IMG/VR virus record: IMGVR_UViG_3300008448_011290
Origin: a virus
Length of the DNA: 64,000 bases
Strand: one strand, 5' to 3'
In this document: positions 1-10,393 of the stretch, piece after piece
Layout: every line of letters starts with the position of its first letter
Numbering within the stretch: the stretch's first letter is position 1
Position numbers and translations under genes: made by a program
The notes under the pieces: model-generated
Databases searched by the model: none
What the model saw: the letters and a program-made list of their open reading frames with translations, nothing else
What the model was told of the DNA's origin: nothing

Positions 1-109
1 TGCTGGTTCCACAGGAAACACTGTTGCTGGCAATAGATATGTTGAGACAGTAGCCCCAACTAGTGGTCAAGGCGCAGACGGGGATCTTTGGTTCGTTAGG
101 GAGGCATAA
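1..109 (+). CDS. C-terminal end of a tail/structural protein (partial)
   Basis: Frame 2 reads ...GNRYVETVAPTSGQGADGDLWFVREA* with stop at 107-109. The P-x-G-x-DGDLW motif is common in phage tail-fibre proteins. Confidence 0.6.
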   Translation, partial: AGSTGNTVAGNRYVETVAPTSGQGADGDLWFVREA

Positions 110-114
110 TCACC

Positions 115-1566
115 ATGCCAATTATTACTAAAACATTCACATACACAGGAACAACTCAGCAGGCCACAATTCCAGCTGGAGCATCTTCAGTAACTTTTTA
201 TATCTGGGGAGGAGCAGGTGGTGGCGGCGGTGGAGACAGTGCTGGCCCAGGTAGAGCAGGAGCAGCAGGACATTATGCTACAGGTACTATAGATCTTACA
301 TCACACGTGGGATCAACTTTAACGTTGGGAGTAGGCGGAGGAGCTGGTGGAAAAAGTAATGGTAGAAGTTTAACAGGATATTCAGGCGGTATAGGTGGAA
401 CACAAGGACCTTCTGGATCATCAGGTGCTGGTGGAGGTGGAGGTGGAGCCACAGTAATAAGAATTGGAGCTACAGATATGGCCATAGCAGGTGGTGGCGG
501 TGGTGGCGGAGGAGATGGACAACACAGTACAGGAACAGACGGAATTAACAGTAACGATCCTACTCTAGCATCACCAGGCACACTAGGAGAAAACGGAGCC
601 GACCACTCGGGAGATGGTGCAGGAGCTGGAGCTGGTGGTGGTGGAACAGATGGCGGAAGAAGCGGCAACGGACCAGGAGGAGATGATGGAGCCACAGGAG
701 GATATTCAGGTTCAAATTTAATACCAGTCGGAGGCACACAAAATAATGGTTCAGGCACAGTGCCATATACAGGTTCAGGATATTATCAATCAGGAGTAGC
801 TGTGGGAGGAACGTCAGGTTCTGCAGGCGGAAATGGACTGGCAATATTGGTATTCAATGTTAGTGTAGAATCAAAAATTAAAGTAAGCAATGCATGGAAA
901 TCTATAACTGCAATGAAATTTAAAAAAGCAGGAGTATGGAAAGATATCACAGCAGCCTATGTTAAAATAAACGGTGTATGGAAAGCTATATTCAATTCAG
1001 GAATAAATTTTGCAAGCACTGCTGCAGGATTTGGAGATAATACAGGCAATCCTTCTTCAGGCACACCAGGATCAGGTGGAACAAGTGGGGGTGGAGGAGG
1101 TGGATGCTCTATTATCTGCACTAAATTACACGAATTAGGTTATCTATCAGATGAGATCTATCAAGCAGATGAGCTTTTTGGACACTGGCTAAGACAGACA
1201 GATCCTGATGCTTATTATGGATATTTAAAATGGGCACGAGTAGTTGTGGATTGGATGAGCAACGAAGGTCCACAATGTATGTTCTGGATTCAAAATAAAG
1301 CCCAAAGAAATGCTCGTCAAAGAGAAATGGCTGTGAGATGGGCAAGAAGAATTGCCACTCCATGGGCTCAGCACATGGCTTACAAAATGGGAGTGTTAAA
1401 AGAAGATAATCGAGCAGGCAGATGGATAATGAATATTGGAATCTCTGTAAGCAGAATTGTGGGAAAATTTGTTAAACATACTAACCAGCCTACAAAAAAT
1501 GTAGCCATAGGTTATACTATGTGGGCAATGTTTGGATTATTATACATAATAGCAGGAGTAAAATAA
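115..1566 (+). CDS. Glycine-rich tail fibre/adhesin-like protein with C-terminal IICT domain
   Basis: Polyglycine-rich domain (WGGAGGGGG...), three K-x-x-G/N-x-WK repeats, a Gly linker, then GGGCSIICTKLHELG...GYLKWA. SD GGAGG lies upstream. Confidence 0.65.
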   Translation: MPIITKTFTYTGTTQQATIPAGASSVTFYIWGGAGGGGGGDSAGPGRAGAAGHYATGTIDLTSHVGSTLTLGVGGGAGGKSNGRSLTGYSGGIGGTQGPSGSSGAGGGGGGATVIRIGATDMAIAGGGGGGGGDGQHSTGTDGINSNDPTLASPGTLGENGADHSGDGAGAGAGGGGTDGGRSGNGPGGDDGATGGYSGSNLIPVGGTQNNGSGTVPYTGSGYYQSGVAVGGTSGSAGGNGLAILVFNVSVESKIKVSNAWKSITAMKFKKAGVWKDITAAYVKINGVWKAIFNSGINFASTAAGFGDNTGNPSSGTPGSGGTSGGGGGGCSIICTKLHELGYLSDEIYQADELFGHWLRQTDPDAYYGYLKWARVVVDWMSNEGPQCMFWIQNKAQRNARQREMAVRWARRIATPWAQHMAYKMGVLKEDNRAGRWIMNIGISVSRIVGKFVKHTNQPTKNVAIGYTMWAMFGLLYIIAGVK

Positions 1567-2399
1567 TGGGAATATCAGTTGAACAATATCTACATGACAG
1601 ACAGGCCTGTGCTCAATGTCGAGAGCATGGCGATGAAGAACATTGTGTCTCTACACTATTGAGCAGAGAAGACAATTGTATTTTTTACAATGCTATACTG
1701 GCATATCATCTTCCAACAAGATCTCGAGATGCAGCATTTACCCCAGAAGAAGGCAACTTAAATGCACAAAGAGATTTCGTGCTGTTGCAAGGATTGAGAG
1801 ACAGTGTGTATGAAGATAAGATGATAGAATACTATGTGAGATCAGAAAAAATAGTAACACAAATTAAAGGCATACACAAAAATGATCAAACTGTGTGGAG
1901 TGGTTATTATGAGAGATATGTGAGAGCTATTCTAAATTCTTTAAGAAATGGTAATAAGAGTGAGGCTATTGTAAAAACAGCTGAAATGTTGGAAGCACTG
2001 GAATATACTAATGGACGAGTAATCTGCACTTGGTTAAGGAATAATGGTTTATTTTCTGCAGAAGATCTTGCAATTGATACCGAATTTAGTGTACAATATT
2101 TGAGTGACAATACCAAAATAGGTTATTGGTTATGGGCATGCCCACTGGTACAATATATGGAAAGAAATTATAGAAACAATATTGATTCTCTGTTTGTAAA
2201 AACTGTTAGAATCATTGCTCAAGCTAGAGCTAATGAGATTTCTCATCAAGTAGGATCTAGATCTAGAGGTGATATGCTGGGTAAAATAGTTAGAATAATA
2301 GGAGAGAGTGCTTGTTTTGTGTTGGGTTCTATCGCTAGACCTTTTACAGAAGAGAAATTTAAACATTGGCTGTCTATGTACAGCTCAAAAATAGGATAA
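1566..2399 (+). CDS. Protein with a CFI-box-CTERM-like domain plus a second VICT domain
   Basis: Start refined to ATG 1566 (TAATG overlap). CIFYNA...LQGLRD...IEYYVRSEKIV resembles CFI-box-CTERM. GRVICTWL...GYWLWA is paralogous to the C-terminus of 115..1566. Confidence 0.55.
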   Translation: MGISVEQYLHDRQACAQCREHGDEEHCVSTLLSREDNCIFYNAILAYHLPTRSRDAAFTPEEGNLNAQRDFVLLQGLRDSVYEDKMIEYYVRSEKIVTQIKGIHKNDQTVWSGYYERYVRAILNSLRNGNKSEAIVKTAEMLEALEYTNGRVICTWLRNNGLFSAEDLAIDTEFSVQYLSDNTKIGYWLWACPLVQYMERNYRNNIDSLFVKTVRIIAQARANEISHQVGSRSRGDMLGKIVRIIGESACFVLGSIARPFTEEKFKHWLSMYSSKIG

Positions 2400-2418
2400 T
2401 TAATAAGGAGATACAACA

Positions 2419-2598
2419 ATGGCAATAACAAAACAACAGGTGGCAGATTATATCAATGCCAATTATCAAACTGCTCTTTCAGAAGAAGATCTAGTTAAAA
2501 TAGATCAAGCATTAACGCCTGAGCTGGCAGCGATTTTAATCAAGTTACTAGGAGATGTAAGTTTCTTAGTGCATGTGAGAGATAACGAAAGCAATTAA
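2419..2598 (+). CDS. Small hypothetical protein (59 aa, absent from ORF track)
   Basis: MAITKQQVADYINANYQ...VRDNESN*. AAGGAG SD at 2405-2410. It fills the gap between neighbouring genes. Confidence 0.75.
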   Translation: MAITKQQVADYINANYQTALSEEDLVKIDQALTPELAAILIKLLGDVSFLVHVRDNESN

Positions 2599-2604
2599 AA
2601 AAGA

Positions 2605-4230
2605 ATGTCTTATACCATAAACAAAACCGATGGAACTAAACTAGTAGTACTGAAAGACGGTACAGTGGATATCACCACTACGGATTTGGCTCTATTCGGA
2701 AAAAGTTATGCAGGATTTGGTGAAAGATTAAACGAAAACTTCGTTAAAATGTTGGAAAATTTTGCCAACACCACAGCACCTGCTAATAAAATTCGAGGTC
2801 AATTATGGTATGACACTCTAACCAATCAAATCAAAGTTTGGAATGGCAATAAATTTAAACCAGTAGGATCCAGCACTAATGCTAGCAGTGCTCCAACCAA
2901 TGCCAATCTAGGAGACACATGGTTTGATACCAATAATCTTCAGCTGTATGTTTATAATGGCACTGCATGGACTTTGATTGGTCCTACCACAGTGGCAGGT
3001 TCAGGCAATACATCAGTGGTATCAGATTCTATCAGAGACAACGTAGGTGTATTCAAGTCGGTTCTAAAATTTGTAACCAATGACATTATAGTGGCCATGG
3101 TGAGTGCAGAAGAATTTATACCTCTCACAGCTATCACAGGATTTGCCACAATATATAAAGGTATCACACTTTCAACATCAGTGAGTCAGGCTAGATTCAA
3201 AGGTATAGCTACCACAGCACAGAATTTAATATTAGCGGATTTAACCACAGTGGTACCAGCAGATAATTTTGTAAGAGCTGATGTCAATGACACTATGGCA
3301 GGTACACTGACTATATTCAATGATGGCGGAATGAGTTTAGGAGCAGGAGCAGATTTAACAGTCAGCGTGTCAGGTGGACAGGATGTGGTTTTTCAGAACA
3401 ATACACTAAACGGAGACATAATTTTCAAAGTCAATGATGGCGGAGTGACCAAAACTGTGCTAACCATGGATGGCAGCGAAGGTGTAATCAAAGACCTTGT
3501 GGTGCAAAATTTAACAGTAACAGGAACAGAAACAATATTCAATACCACCACACTGGCAGTGGAAGACAACTTTATAGAATTAAACCTTGGCATATCTGGT
3601 GCGGCTTTCATGCCCAATTACACAGGATTAAAAGTCAACCGAGGAGAAACATCCACAGCTCTCGAATCAGATCTGTATTGGGTATGGGATGAAACATTTG
3701 CAGACGATTTTACAACCATATATGGCAACACTGGCGGAGCATGGACAGCATTCCGATCACAGGGCAACATCAATGACTCGGCTCCAACACTGGTAGATAT
3801 TCGAGCCAACATAGTGCATGGTCGAGCTACCACAGCACAGTACGCAGATCTTGCAGAAAGATACGCAGCAGACATGCTATTAGAAGCAGGCGATGTAGTG
3901 ATACTTGGAGGCTCACAAGAAGTAACCAAATCTACACAAGAGTTAGATACTCGAGTATTTGGAGTGGTATCAGAATCTCCAGCATTTTTAATGAACAACG
4001 ACGCAGGCAACAATGATTCACACCCTATGATAGCATTAAAAGGCAGAGTACGAGTAAAGGTAGAGGGTGTTGGTAAAGCAGGAGATCGTATTGTAAGCAG
4101 CAGTACGGCTGGTATAGCTAGAGTGGCAGATCTAGCAGAATGCACTGCTTTTAATGTATTAGGACGACTAATTCAAGATAAATACTCGCAACAGACACAA
4201 TTAACAGAGTGTGCAATAGGAGTTAAGTAA
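2605..4230 (+). CDS. Tail fibre/baseplate-associated protein with C-terminal autocleaving chaperone (peptidase G2/IMC-like) domain
   Basis: N-terminus MSYTINKTDG...ENFVKMLENFA...GQLWYD. C-terminus AQYADLAERY...GVVSESPAFLMN...IALKGRVRVKV...GDRIVSS. Confidence 0.7.
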   Translation: MSYTINKTDGTKLVVLKDGTVDITTTDLALFGKSYAGFGERLNENFVKMLENFANTTAPANKIRGQLWYDTLTNQIKVWNGNKFKPVGSSTNASSAPTNANLGDTWFDTNNLQLYVYNGTAWTLIGPTTVAGSGNTSVVSDSIRDNVGVFKSVLKFVTNDIIVAMVSAEEFIPLTAITGFATIYKGITLSTSVSQARFKGIATTAQNLILADLTTVVPADNFVRADVNDTMAGTLTIFNDGGMSLGAGADLTVSVSGGQDVVFQNNTLNGDIIFKVNDGGVTKTVLTMDGSEGVIKDLVVQNLTVTGTETIFNTTTLAVEDNFIELNLGISGAAFMPNYTGLKVNRGETSTALESDLYWVWDETFADDFTTIYGNTGGAWTAFRSQGNINDSAPTLVDIRANIVHGRATTAQYADLAERYAADMLLEAGDVVILGGSQEVTKSTQELDTRVFGVVSESPAFLMNNDAGNNDSHPMIALKGRVRVKVEGVGKAGDRIVSSSTAGIARVADLAECTAFNVLGRLIQDKYSQQTQLTECAIGVK

Positions 4231-4231
4231 A

Positions 4232-5257
4232 ATGGGTTATGTAGCAGGCGATAGAATTACCGTAACAGAATACAATCAGCAATTATTAAGTAATGCTACA
4301 CTTGGAGGATATGGTATCAATCATATCATAGGACAAGGAGAATTGTATCATGGTTTAGGAGAAGTAGGAGTAACCGCAATATCCCAAGGACAAGAAGTCA
4401 CTGCCACTCAATGGAATTCACTGTTCACTGCTATGGATAACCTAGCCAACCATACCAATGACACTCTAACTTCCACAAGTCAAAGATCCGCAGGTGACCT
4501 TATCGAAGTTAAATCCGCTCTAATAGCAGATCTACAAACTCTAGCAGCATCGGTACAGGCAGGTTGTCCCAATGCCACAGCATTAACTACCACAGCAGCT
4601 CAGCAGACCACAGCAGCATCGGCTCGTTGGAACGTGTCTCATATCGTAGAGCAATCAATCACATTTAATGCTCCTGATGCAATGAGATGGTTTTTTAATG
4701 CGGGAGGAAAAATACAGATCAACGTGACCAGAACCAGTAACTCAGGCAACGTAGCATCTGCAAAAGACCAAGCCATTGATGACTTAATCGATTCACTGGG
4801 AGATTTTAAAATCAAATCTCAATCATCAGAATATTCCAATGATGGATCAACTAATACAAACACCCTAGGAGACGGCAGCTCAGCCTATGATTTAAACATT
4901 GGTTTTTACGATCTTACTACCAACTATCAAACCATACTGATATTAAGACAAGACTGGCAGACCTATGAGTTTATGAACATTAAAATTGAAGCAAAATTAG
5001 ATGCTGCTCCAGGCACAGCAATGACAATGACTGTGAGAACCTCTCTGTTAGATCCATTTATTGATGGATCATCAGCTGCAACAGCAGACAACACATATAC
5101 CTCAGGCAACACAGCATCGGTAGATCAGTATGCCAACTGGATTGGTGTTACCAACGTAGTTTTATACTTTGTAAATCCTACCACAGCAGAAGGATTGAAC
5201 ACAGTATACACACCTGCCTCATCAGCAGTGATTTCCAACAATATCGTTACAATATAA
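4232..5257 (+). CDS. Putative virion structural protein
   Basis: Thr/Ser/Ala-rich, with VTATQWN and RWFFNAGG motifs. Follows the tail genes directly. Confidence 0.55.
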   Translation: MGYVAGDRITVTEYNQQLLSNATLGGYGINHIIGQGELYHGLGEVGVTAISQGQEVTATQWNSLFTAMDNLANHTNDTLTSTSQRSAGDLIEVKSALIADLQTLAASVQAGCPNATALTTTAAQQTTAASARWNVSHIVEQSITFNAPDAMRWFFNAGGKIQINVTRTSNSGNVASAKDQAIDDLIDSLGDFKIKSQSSEYSNDGSTNTNTLGDGSSAYDLNIGFYDLTTNYQTILILRQDWQTYEFMNIKIEAKLDAAPGTAMTMTVRTSLLDPFIDGSSAATADNTYTSGNTASVDQYANWIGVTNVVLYFVNPTTAEGLNTVYTPASSAVISNNIVTI

Positions 5258-5271
5258 AATATTTTACCAGG

Positions 5272-5300
5272 TTGATTTTTTCCATAATTAGCTGTACAAT
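5272..5300 (+). promoter_or_regulatory. Sigma70-type promoter (TTGATT-17-TACAAT), probably leaderless
   Basis: -35 at 5272-5277, -10 at 5295-5300. ATG 5307 is 6 nt downstream with no SD. Confidence 0.65.
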
Positions 5301-5306
5301 TGAGCT

Positions 5307-5621
5307 ATGGATATACGATCCCTCAAACAGCAATCTGATCACAGTTTTAATCTAGCAGTGGCTAAAAAGAATGCTCTAGAACGAGCAAAAAGTCGACAAC
5401 TGTTTGCTTATAAAGATCATCTATTTCGTGCTGATGCTGATACCATAAATCTTGTGCATGCCTTGAAGCAGAACAATAGGAAGTTTTTTCTTCTAGATGC
5501 TAACGACAATCCTTGTGAAATTGCTAATCCAGAAGAATTCTTACAGTTGTTAATAGAACGTAATCAAGAGACTCTTAATCAATATCATCAATTGCAAGAG
5601 CAATTAAAGAGCAAGGAGTAA
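5307..5621 (+). CDS. Hypothetical protein
   Basis: 104 aa ORF, first gene of a tightly packed operon. Confidence 0.7.
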   Translation: MDIRSLKQQSDHSFNLAVAKKNALERAKSRQLFAYKDHLFRADADTINLVHALKQNNRKFFLLDANDNPCEIANPEEFLQLLIERNQETLNQYHQLQEQLKSKE

Positions 5622-5622
5622 T

Positions 5623-6381
5623 ATGTCCACAGGAGCATTAATCTATTGTTTTAACTCTGAACAAGTACAGTATCATAGAACGACTAATTTTTGTATCGAA
5701 TTAATAAAAAAGAATCTATCGTTACCTGTGACTGTAGTCACTAACAATGCAACCAAAGAACATATTAAAGGTACAGATTCGTTAGTCGTAATAGATAATC
5801 AAAAGAACAATCAACGTTTTTATAAAGATAGAACGATACCTTGGTACAATCTTGAGAGATCTCATTCTTATGATTATTCACCCTATGATACTACTGCACT
5901 GTTAGATTCTGATTATTTTGTTTATACTAAGAACTTATTAGAAACAATCAACAGCAGTTACGAATTTCTTCTGCATGACCGAGTGCATGATTTAACTGGT
6001 CGAGGCAGTTTTGAATACAATAATAGAAGTATGATACCGTTGGTATGGGCCACAGTAACCGTTTTTAAAAAAACACAGAGAGTAAAAAAAATATTTGATA
6101 TGATCAAACACATACAACAAAATTATAGGTATTTCTGTAAACTATACAGAATAGATTTTGCTAATTTTAGGAATGATTATGCTTTTGCCATGGCATTAAA
6201 TCAGCTGGATGGATTCAATCAACAGTATTTCATGCCCACTGCTATGAGCATGATACCCACAGATACCAAAGTTTTAAAAATAGATCACACAGGCATTATA
6301 TTTCAATACGATAAATTTGTTAATCTAGTCACAGAACAGGATGTGCATGTGTTAGACAAGGAGATTCCGATTAATGTCTAA
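5623..6381 (+). CDS. Putative GT-A fold glycosyltransferase
   Basis: SPYDTTALLDSD (DxD motif) and RNDYAF. Paralogue of the next gene. Confidence 0.6.
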   Translation: MSTGALIYCFNSEQVQYHRTTNFCIELIKKNLSLPVTVVTNNATKEHIKGTDSLVVIDNQKNNQRFYKDRTIPWYNLERSHSYDYSPYDTTALLDSDYFVYTKNLLETINSSYEFLLHDRVHDLTGRGSFEYNNRSMIPLVWATVTVFKKTQRVKKIFDMIKHIQQNYRYFCKLYRIDFANFRNDYAFAMALNQLDGFNQQYFMPTAMSMIPTDTKVLKIDHTGIIFQYDKFVNLVTEQDVHVLDKEIPINV

Positions 6382-7171
6382 AGGTTTTCTATGGTTTGCA
6401 CAGAACAATGCTACCACTGATTATGCTAAAATTAGTGTGGAGTTAGCTAAATCTATTAAACTCATTAATAGAGATAATAATATTTGTGTAATAGTAGATA
6501 AGAATACTGCTTTGAACAGTGAATATATAGATCAAGTTGTTGTATTAAAAGATGATGCCAGTGCAAACGCTGAAACTAAATTTGCCAATGAGCACAAGGC
6601 TTTTCGATTATCTCCATTTACTCACACTATAAAACTTGAAGCAGACATGTTGTTCACTGCCAATACTGACTGGTGGTGGCATCATCTATGTCAGCACGAT
6701 CTTGTGTTTGCAGTCAATTGTAGAAATTATAAAGATAAGATAGTTAAAAATACACCTTATAGAAGACTATTTCAATTGAATCATCTGCCTGATATCTACA
6801 ACGGATTAACATATTTTAGACGCAGTCAACGAGCTATGAAATTTTTTGATATTTGCCAATCAATCACAGAAAATTGGACTGCTGTACGAGAACAATTATT
6901 AATAAATTGTCATGATCTATACCCCACCACCGACGTAGTCTATGCTCTAGCATATAGAATAATGGATCCTTTTAATCACAATTTAATAGATTATCCATGG
7001 TTTAAATTTATACATGGAAAATCTTCTGTGAATGAGATAACTGTAGCTGCTGATCAGTACAACTATCTTTATCCCGTAAAGTTAGCAGACAGAATCTATC
7101 TTGGAGGTAAGAGATTGGACAGAATTTGGCATTATCATGACAAAAAACTAATGGACACTATAAATGGATGA
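6374..7171 (+). CDS. Putative GT-A fold glycosyltransferase
   Basis: SPFTHTIKLEAD (ExD), YNGLTYF, TTDVVYA and C-terminal HYHDK. GT8-like layout. Confidence 0.6.
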   Translation: MSKGFLWFAQNNATTDYAKISVELAKSIKLINRDNNICVIVDKNTALNSEYIDQVVVLKDDASANAETKFANEHKAFRLSPFTHTIKLEADMLFTANTDWWWHHLCQHDLVFAVNCRNYKDKIVKNTPYRRLFQLNHLPDIYNGLTYFRRSQRAMKFFDICQSITENWTAVREQLLINCHDLYPTTDVVYALAYRIMDPFNHNLIDYPWFKFIHGKSSVNEITVAADQYNYLYPVKLADRIYLGGKRLDRIWHYHDKKLMDTING

Positions 7172-7502
7172 AATATTCAAAGCATTAAATAGTTTTAAAT
7201 CAACATCTGTTAATGATAACTTTTATATCGAAGTTAGAAACAAAGAAATAATAACTCTATGCAGAGAACCAAACGATAATACTGTTAAAATTTCACAACA
7301 GGACTATAAATTTCTATTAGACAAAGGTATAGAACGTTTCGTATACGATCATGGAATCGTAAAAAAACCTAAAAAGAAAACACAAAGAGTTTTTGAAACC
7401 TTAAAAAAAGATATGCAAGGATACAATTTACAAGACAATGATCCTTATTGGCCTATAGAGATAGTGAAAGGAGGTTATACATGGCAAACACCGTGCGAGT
7501 AA
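7164..7502 (+). CDS. Hypothetical protein
   Basis: 112 aa ORF overlapping both neighbours. Confidence 0.65.
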   Translation: MDEIFKALNSFKSTSVNDNFYIEVRNKEIITLCREPNDNTVKISQQDYKFLLDKGIERFVYDHGIVKKPKKKTQRVFETLKKDMQGYNLQDNDPYWPIEIVKGGYTWQTPCE

Positions 7503-8377
7503 CTGATTTAGATTTTGTTTTTATTAGCTACAGAGAGCCCAATGCTGATGAAAATTATGCTGATCTATTGAACATAGTGCCATGGGCAAAAAGAATACAC
7601 GGAGTTAAGGGATTTGATAATGCTCATAAGGCTGCTGCTGAACTAGCAGAGACAGATTTCTTTATCAGTATTGATGGAGACAATAGAATAGATCCTTTAT
7701 TCCTATTACAAACTCTAGACTGGACTAAAACTAATCCTGCTGCTGTGCATCGTTGGAGAGCAAGAAACATTATTAATGGATTAGTGTATGGCAATGGAGG
7801 TATTGTGGGATGGCCTCGCAAAACCTGTTTGAACATGCGTACTCACGAAAATGCTGTGGATGAACGAGCCAAAATAGATTTTTGTTGGACTGTGCCACAT
7901 GAGAATTTGCACAATGTATATTCTACAACACACATTAACCATACTCCTGAACAGGCTTTTATTGCAGGATGGAGAGAAGGTGTAAAAATGAGTCTCAACA
8001 ATGGACAGAAAGTGGATCCCGGCCTGTTCATGCAAACAATTCCTCAAAACAATCTAAGAAATTTAGTCACATGGATGAGTGTGGGTGCTGATGTGGACAA
8101 CGGACGATGGGCTATGTTGGGTGCTAGATGTGGCTGTTATATGGCCACAATAGATTCAAACTATGATGTTACACTGGTTAGAGATTTAGAATTCATGAGC
8201 GACAAATTTTCCCGCATGATGTATGATATAGAATCTGATATTATAGCTCATGGCAACTCTTTACGACAGAGATTGGGATTGCCTGTGGCAGATTTTGATG
8301 CAGAACAGAGTCGATTCTATAAGTTTTGTCAACAACCTTACAGAAACAAAGGAGTACAAGATCGTGAAAGCAAGTGA
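7481..8377 (+). CDS. Putative GT-A glycosyltransferase
   Basis: Start refined to ATG 7481 (SD AAGGAGG). FVFISYREPNA...HGVKGFDNAHKAAA...IDGD (DxD)...GNGGI. Confidence 0.65.
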   Translation: MANTVRVTDLDFVFISYREPNADENYADLLNIVPWAKRIHGVKGFDNAHKAAAELAETDFFISIDGDNRIDPLFLLQTLDWTKTNPAAVHRWRARNIINGLVYGNGGIVGWPRKTCLNMRTHENAVDERAKIDFCWTVPHENLHNVYSTTHINHTPEQAFIAGWREGVKMSLNNGQKVDPGLFMQTIPQNNLRNLVTWMSVGADVDNGRWAMLGARCGCYMATIDSNYDVTLVRDLEFMSDKFSRMMYDIESDIIAHGNSLRQRLGLPVADFDAEQSRFYKFCQQPYRNKGVQDRESK

Positions 8378-9746
8378 TTACAAACACAATGCTGATCAAG
8401 CACAGAAAAAATTAAACACAGTTAGCCCAAGTTTCTGTCTTGCGAAATGGAATCAGGTATCATTGCACCTGCCTACAGGATTAACCAACTCTTGTTATCA
8501 TCCTCCACTGCATGAAATAGATGCAGGAGCATTGGCTCAAAATCCTGCTGCTCTGCACAACACTGCACAGAAGATTGTAGAGAGACGACAGATGATTGCG
8601 GGAGAACGACCCGAAGGATGCTCCTATTGTTGGAAACTCGAAGACGCTGGAGAGATGAGTGATCGCCACTATCGTAGTGGAGAACCATGGGCCATGCAGG
8701 ATTTTGACAAGATAACGCAAGATCCTCTCAATGTTCAGCACACACCTTCGTATGTGGAAGTGAATTTTAACAATGCTTGCAATCTAAAATGCAGCTATTG
8801 TTCACCACAATTCAGCACCACGTGGGGCAAAGAGATAGATATCTATGGAGAATATCCTACCCATCCAGCACACAATGCACCCGAACACTTCATGGGTCGT
8901 AGAAAACCCATACCCAACAGAGAAAACAATCCCTATGTGGAAGCATTTTGGCGATGGTGGCCCGAATTGTATAAGAATTTAAAACATTTTCGCATGACTG
9001 GTGGAGAACCCATGATGGATAACAACACTTATCGAGTGTTTGATTATATTATATCACATCCAAAACCTGATCTACATTTGAATGTTACATCTAATATGTG
9101 TCCACCCACAGACAAATTAAAGAATCAGTATTTTGATGCTGTCAAAAGAATGTGTTTAGATGAGAGCATCGAGCATTTCATGCAATTTGTATCTGTGGAT
9201 GCTCATGGACCTCGTGCTGAATATATCCGACATGGTATGAATTACAATCGTTTAATGGATAATGTGGATGAATTTTTAACTCGCATACCTGGACGCAACA
9301 GTGTGAGCTTTATTATAACCTATAATAATCTCAGTGTAACATCACTGGATCGATTATTAGTGGATATTCGTCAATTGAGACAGAAACATTCTTCTACCTA
9401 TCAGCGAGTGTGGTTCGACATACCTCTACTGCGTCAGCCAGCATGGCAGCAGATCACTCTGCTTCCGGAAAGTTATCAAAGTATACACGAGAAAAACATA
9501 GAGTATATGAAACAGTACCAAGAGAACACTGATTCAGACAAGAAAGATTATGCTGTGTTTAAGGACTTTGAGATTCAAAAAATGCTGCGCAATCTTGCTT
9601 ACTGGCGCAAACACACAGAAACAAATAATACGCAAAAAAAGAATTTTTACGCATTTTTTGCAGAACATGATCGCAGGAGAGGTACGAGCTTTGAAAGAAC
9701 ATTTCCTGAGATGCAGGAATTTTGGCAGGAGTGTAAGAGTTTATGA
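8364..9746 (+). CDS. Radical SAM protein with N-terminal SPASM/twitch-type domain (copy 1)
   Basis: Likely GTG start at 8364. N-domain CLAKW...SCYH...CSYC, core CNLKCSYC, and GGEP. Confidence 0.85.
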   Translation: MKASDYKHNADQAQKKLNTVSPSFCLAKWNQVSLHLPTGLTNSCYHPPLHEIDAGALAQNPAALHNTAQKIVERRQMIAGERPEGCSYCWKLEDAGEMSDRHYRSGEPWAMQDFDKITQDPLNVQHTPSYVEVNFNNACNLKCSYCSPQFSTTWGKEIDIYGEYPTHPAHNAPEHFMGRRKPIPNRENNPYVEAFWRWWPELYKNLKHFRMTGGEPMMDNNTYRVFDYIISHPKPDLHLNVTSNMCPPTDKLKNQYFDAVKRMCLDESIEHFMQFVSVDAHGPRAEYIRHGMNYNRLMDNVDEFLTRIPGRNSVSFIITYNNLSVTSLDRLLVDIRQLRQKHSSTYQRVWFDIPLLRQPAWQQITLLPESYQSIHEKNIEYMKQYQENTDSDKKDYAVFKDFEIQKMLRNLAYWRKHTETNNTQKKNFYAFFAEHDRRRGTSFERTFPEMQEFWQECKSL

Positions 9747-10393
9747 AAACAATAGGATTCTTTGGAGATAGTTTCTGTGCCGGCAGAGAACCCGAGAGCT
9801 GGTGTGTATTATTAGCCAATCAATTAAATGCTCGAATAGTGCATTGGGGAGAACCTGGACGAAGTATATGGACTACTTTCTTTAAATTTAATCAATTGAA
9901 CAAAACAAATAGATTACCTGATATCTGTGTTTTGTGTTATACAGAACCTTATAGATTGTATCATCCATCTTTAATACTTTCTGCTAATACTGCTCCTATG
10001 AAAGGAGTAGATCCTAAAATTTATGAAGCTCTAGAACAATATTTTATACATTTACACAGCTATGACAAAGATGAATTGTGTTATGAATATGCTCTAAAAT
10101 GGTTTGATCATGATGTTCTATCTAAAATAAAGAATAAAACAATTGTACAAACGTGGAGTTTTCGACCATTTGAACAATCAAAAAAAGATGCTGGTATAAA
10201 ATTAAACAGTGGAATATTCGTTGATGAGAGCATGTATGCTCTATCATTGAATCATGAATTAAATTTTTTACCTGGCAGAGGTGCTACCATGCCATGGGGC
10301 AAAGGCATAATCAACCATATGAGTGCTGAACAAAATAAACTTTGGGCTGATAAAGTTTATACAGCAATTAAAAACAATGAATCCAGATCTTGA
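9743..10393 (+). CDS. SGNH/GDSL-like protein
   Basis: N-terminal FFGDSF, a G-x-S block and C-terminal NH. Confidence 0.55.
   Translation: MKTIGFFGDSFCAGREPESWCVLLANQLNARIVHWGEPGRSIWTTFFKFNQLNKTNRLPDICVLCYTEPYRLYHPSLILSANTAPMKGVDPKIYEALEQYFIHLHSYDKDELCYEYALKWFDHDVLSKIKNKTIVQTWSFRPFEQSKKDAGIKLNSGIFVDESMYALSLNHELNFLPGRGATMPWGKGIINHMSAEQNKLWADKVYTAIKNNESRS

Noticed and set aside
200-1105. GGT/GGA/GGC-rich repetitive DNA as a tandem repeat or CRISPR array
   Set aside because: It is explained by the polyglycine coding sequence, and there is no constant repeat-spacer structure.
273-4145. Antisense ORFs in the track (e.g. Pro-rich 273..758 and 3618..4145), and similar short opposite-strand ORFs throughout the window
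   Set aside because: They are shadows of well-supported genes. The poly-Pro is simply the reverse complement of Gly codons, and they have no motifs or SD.
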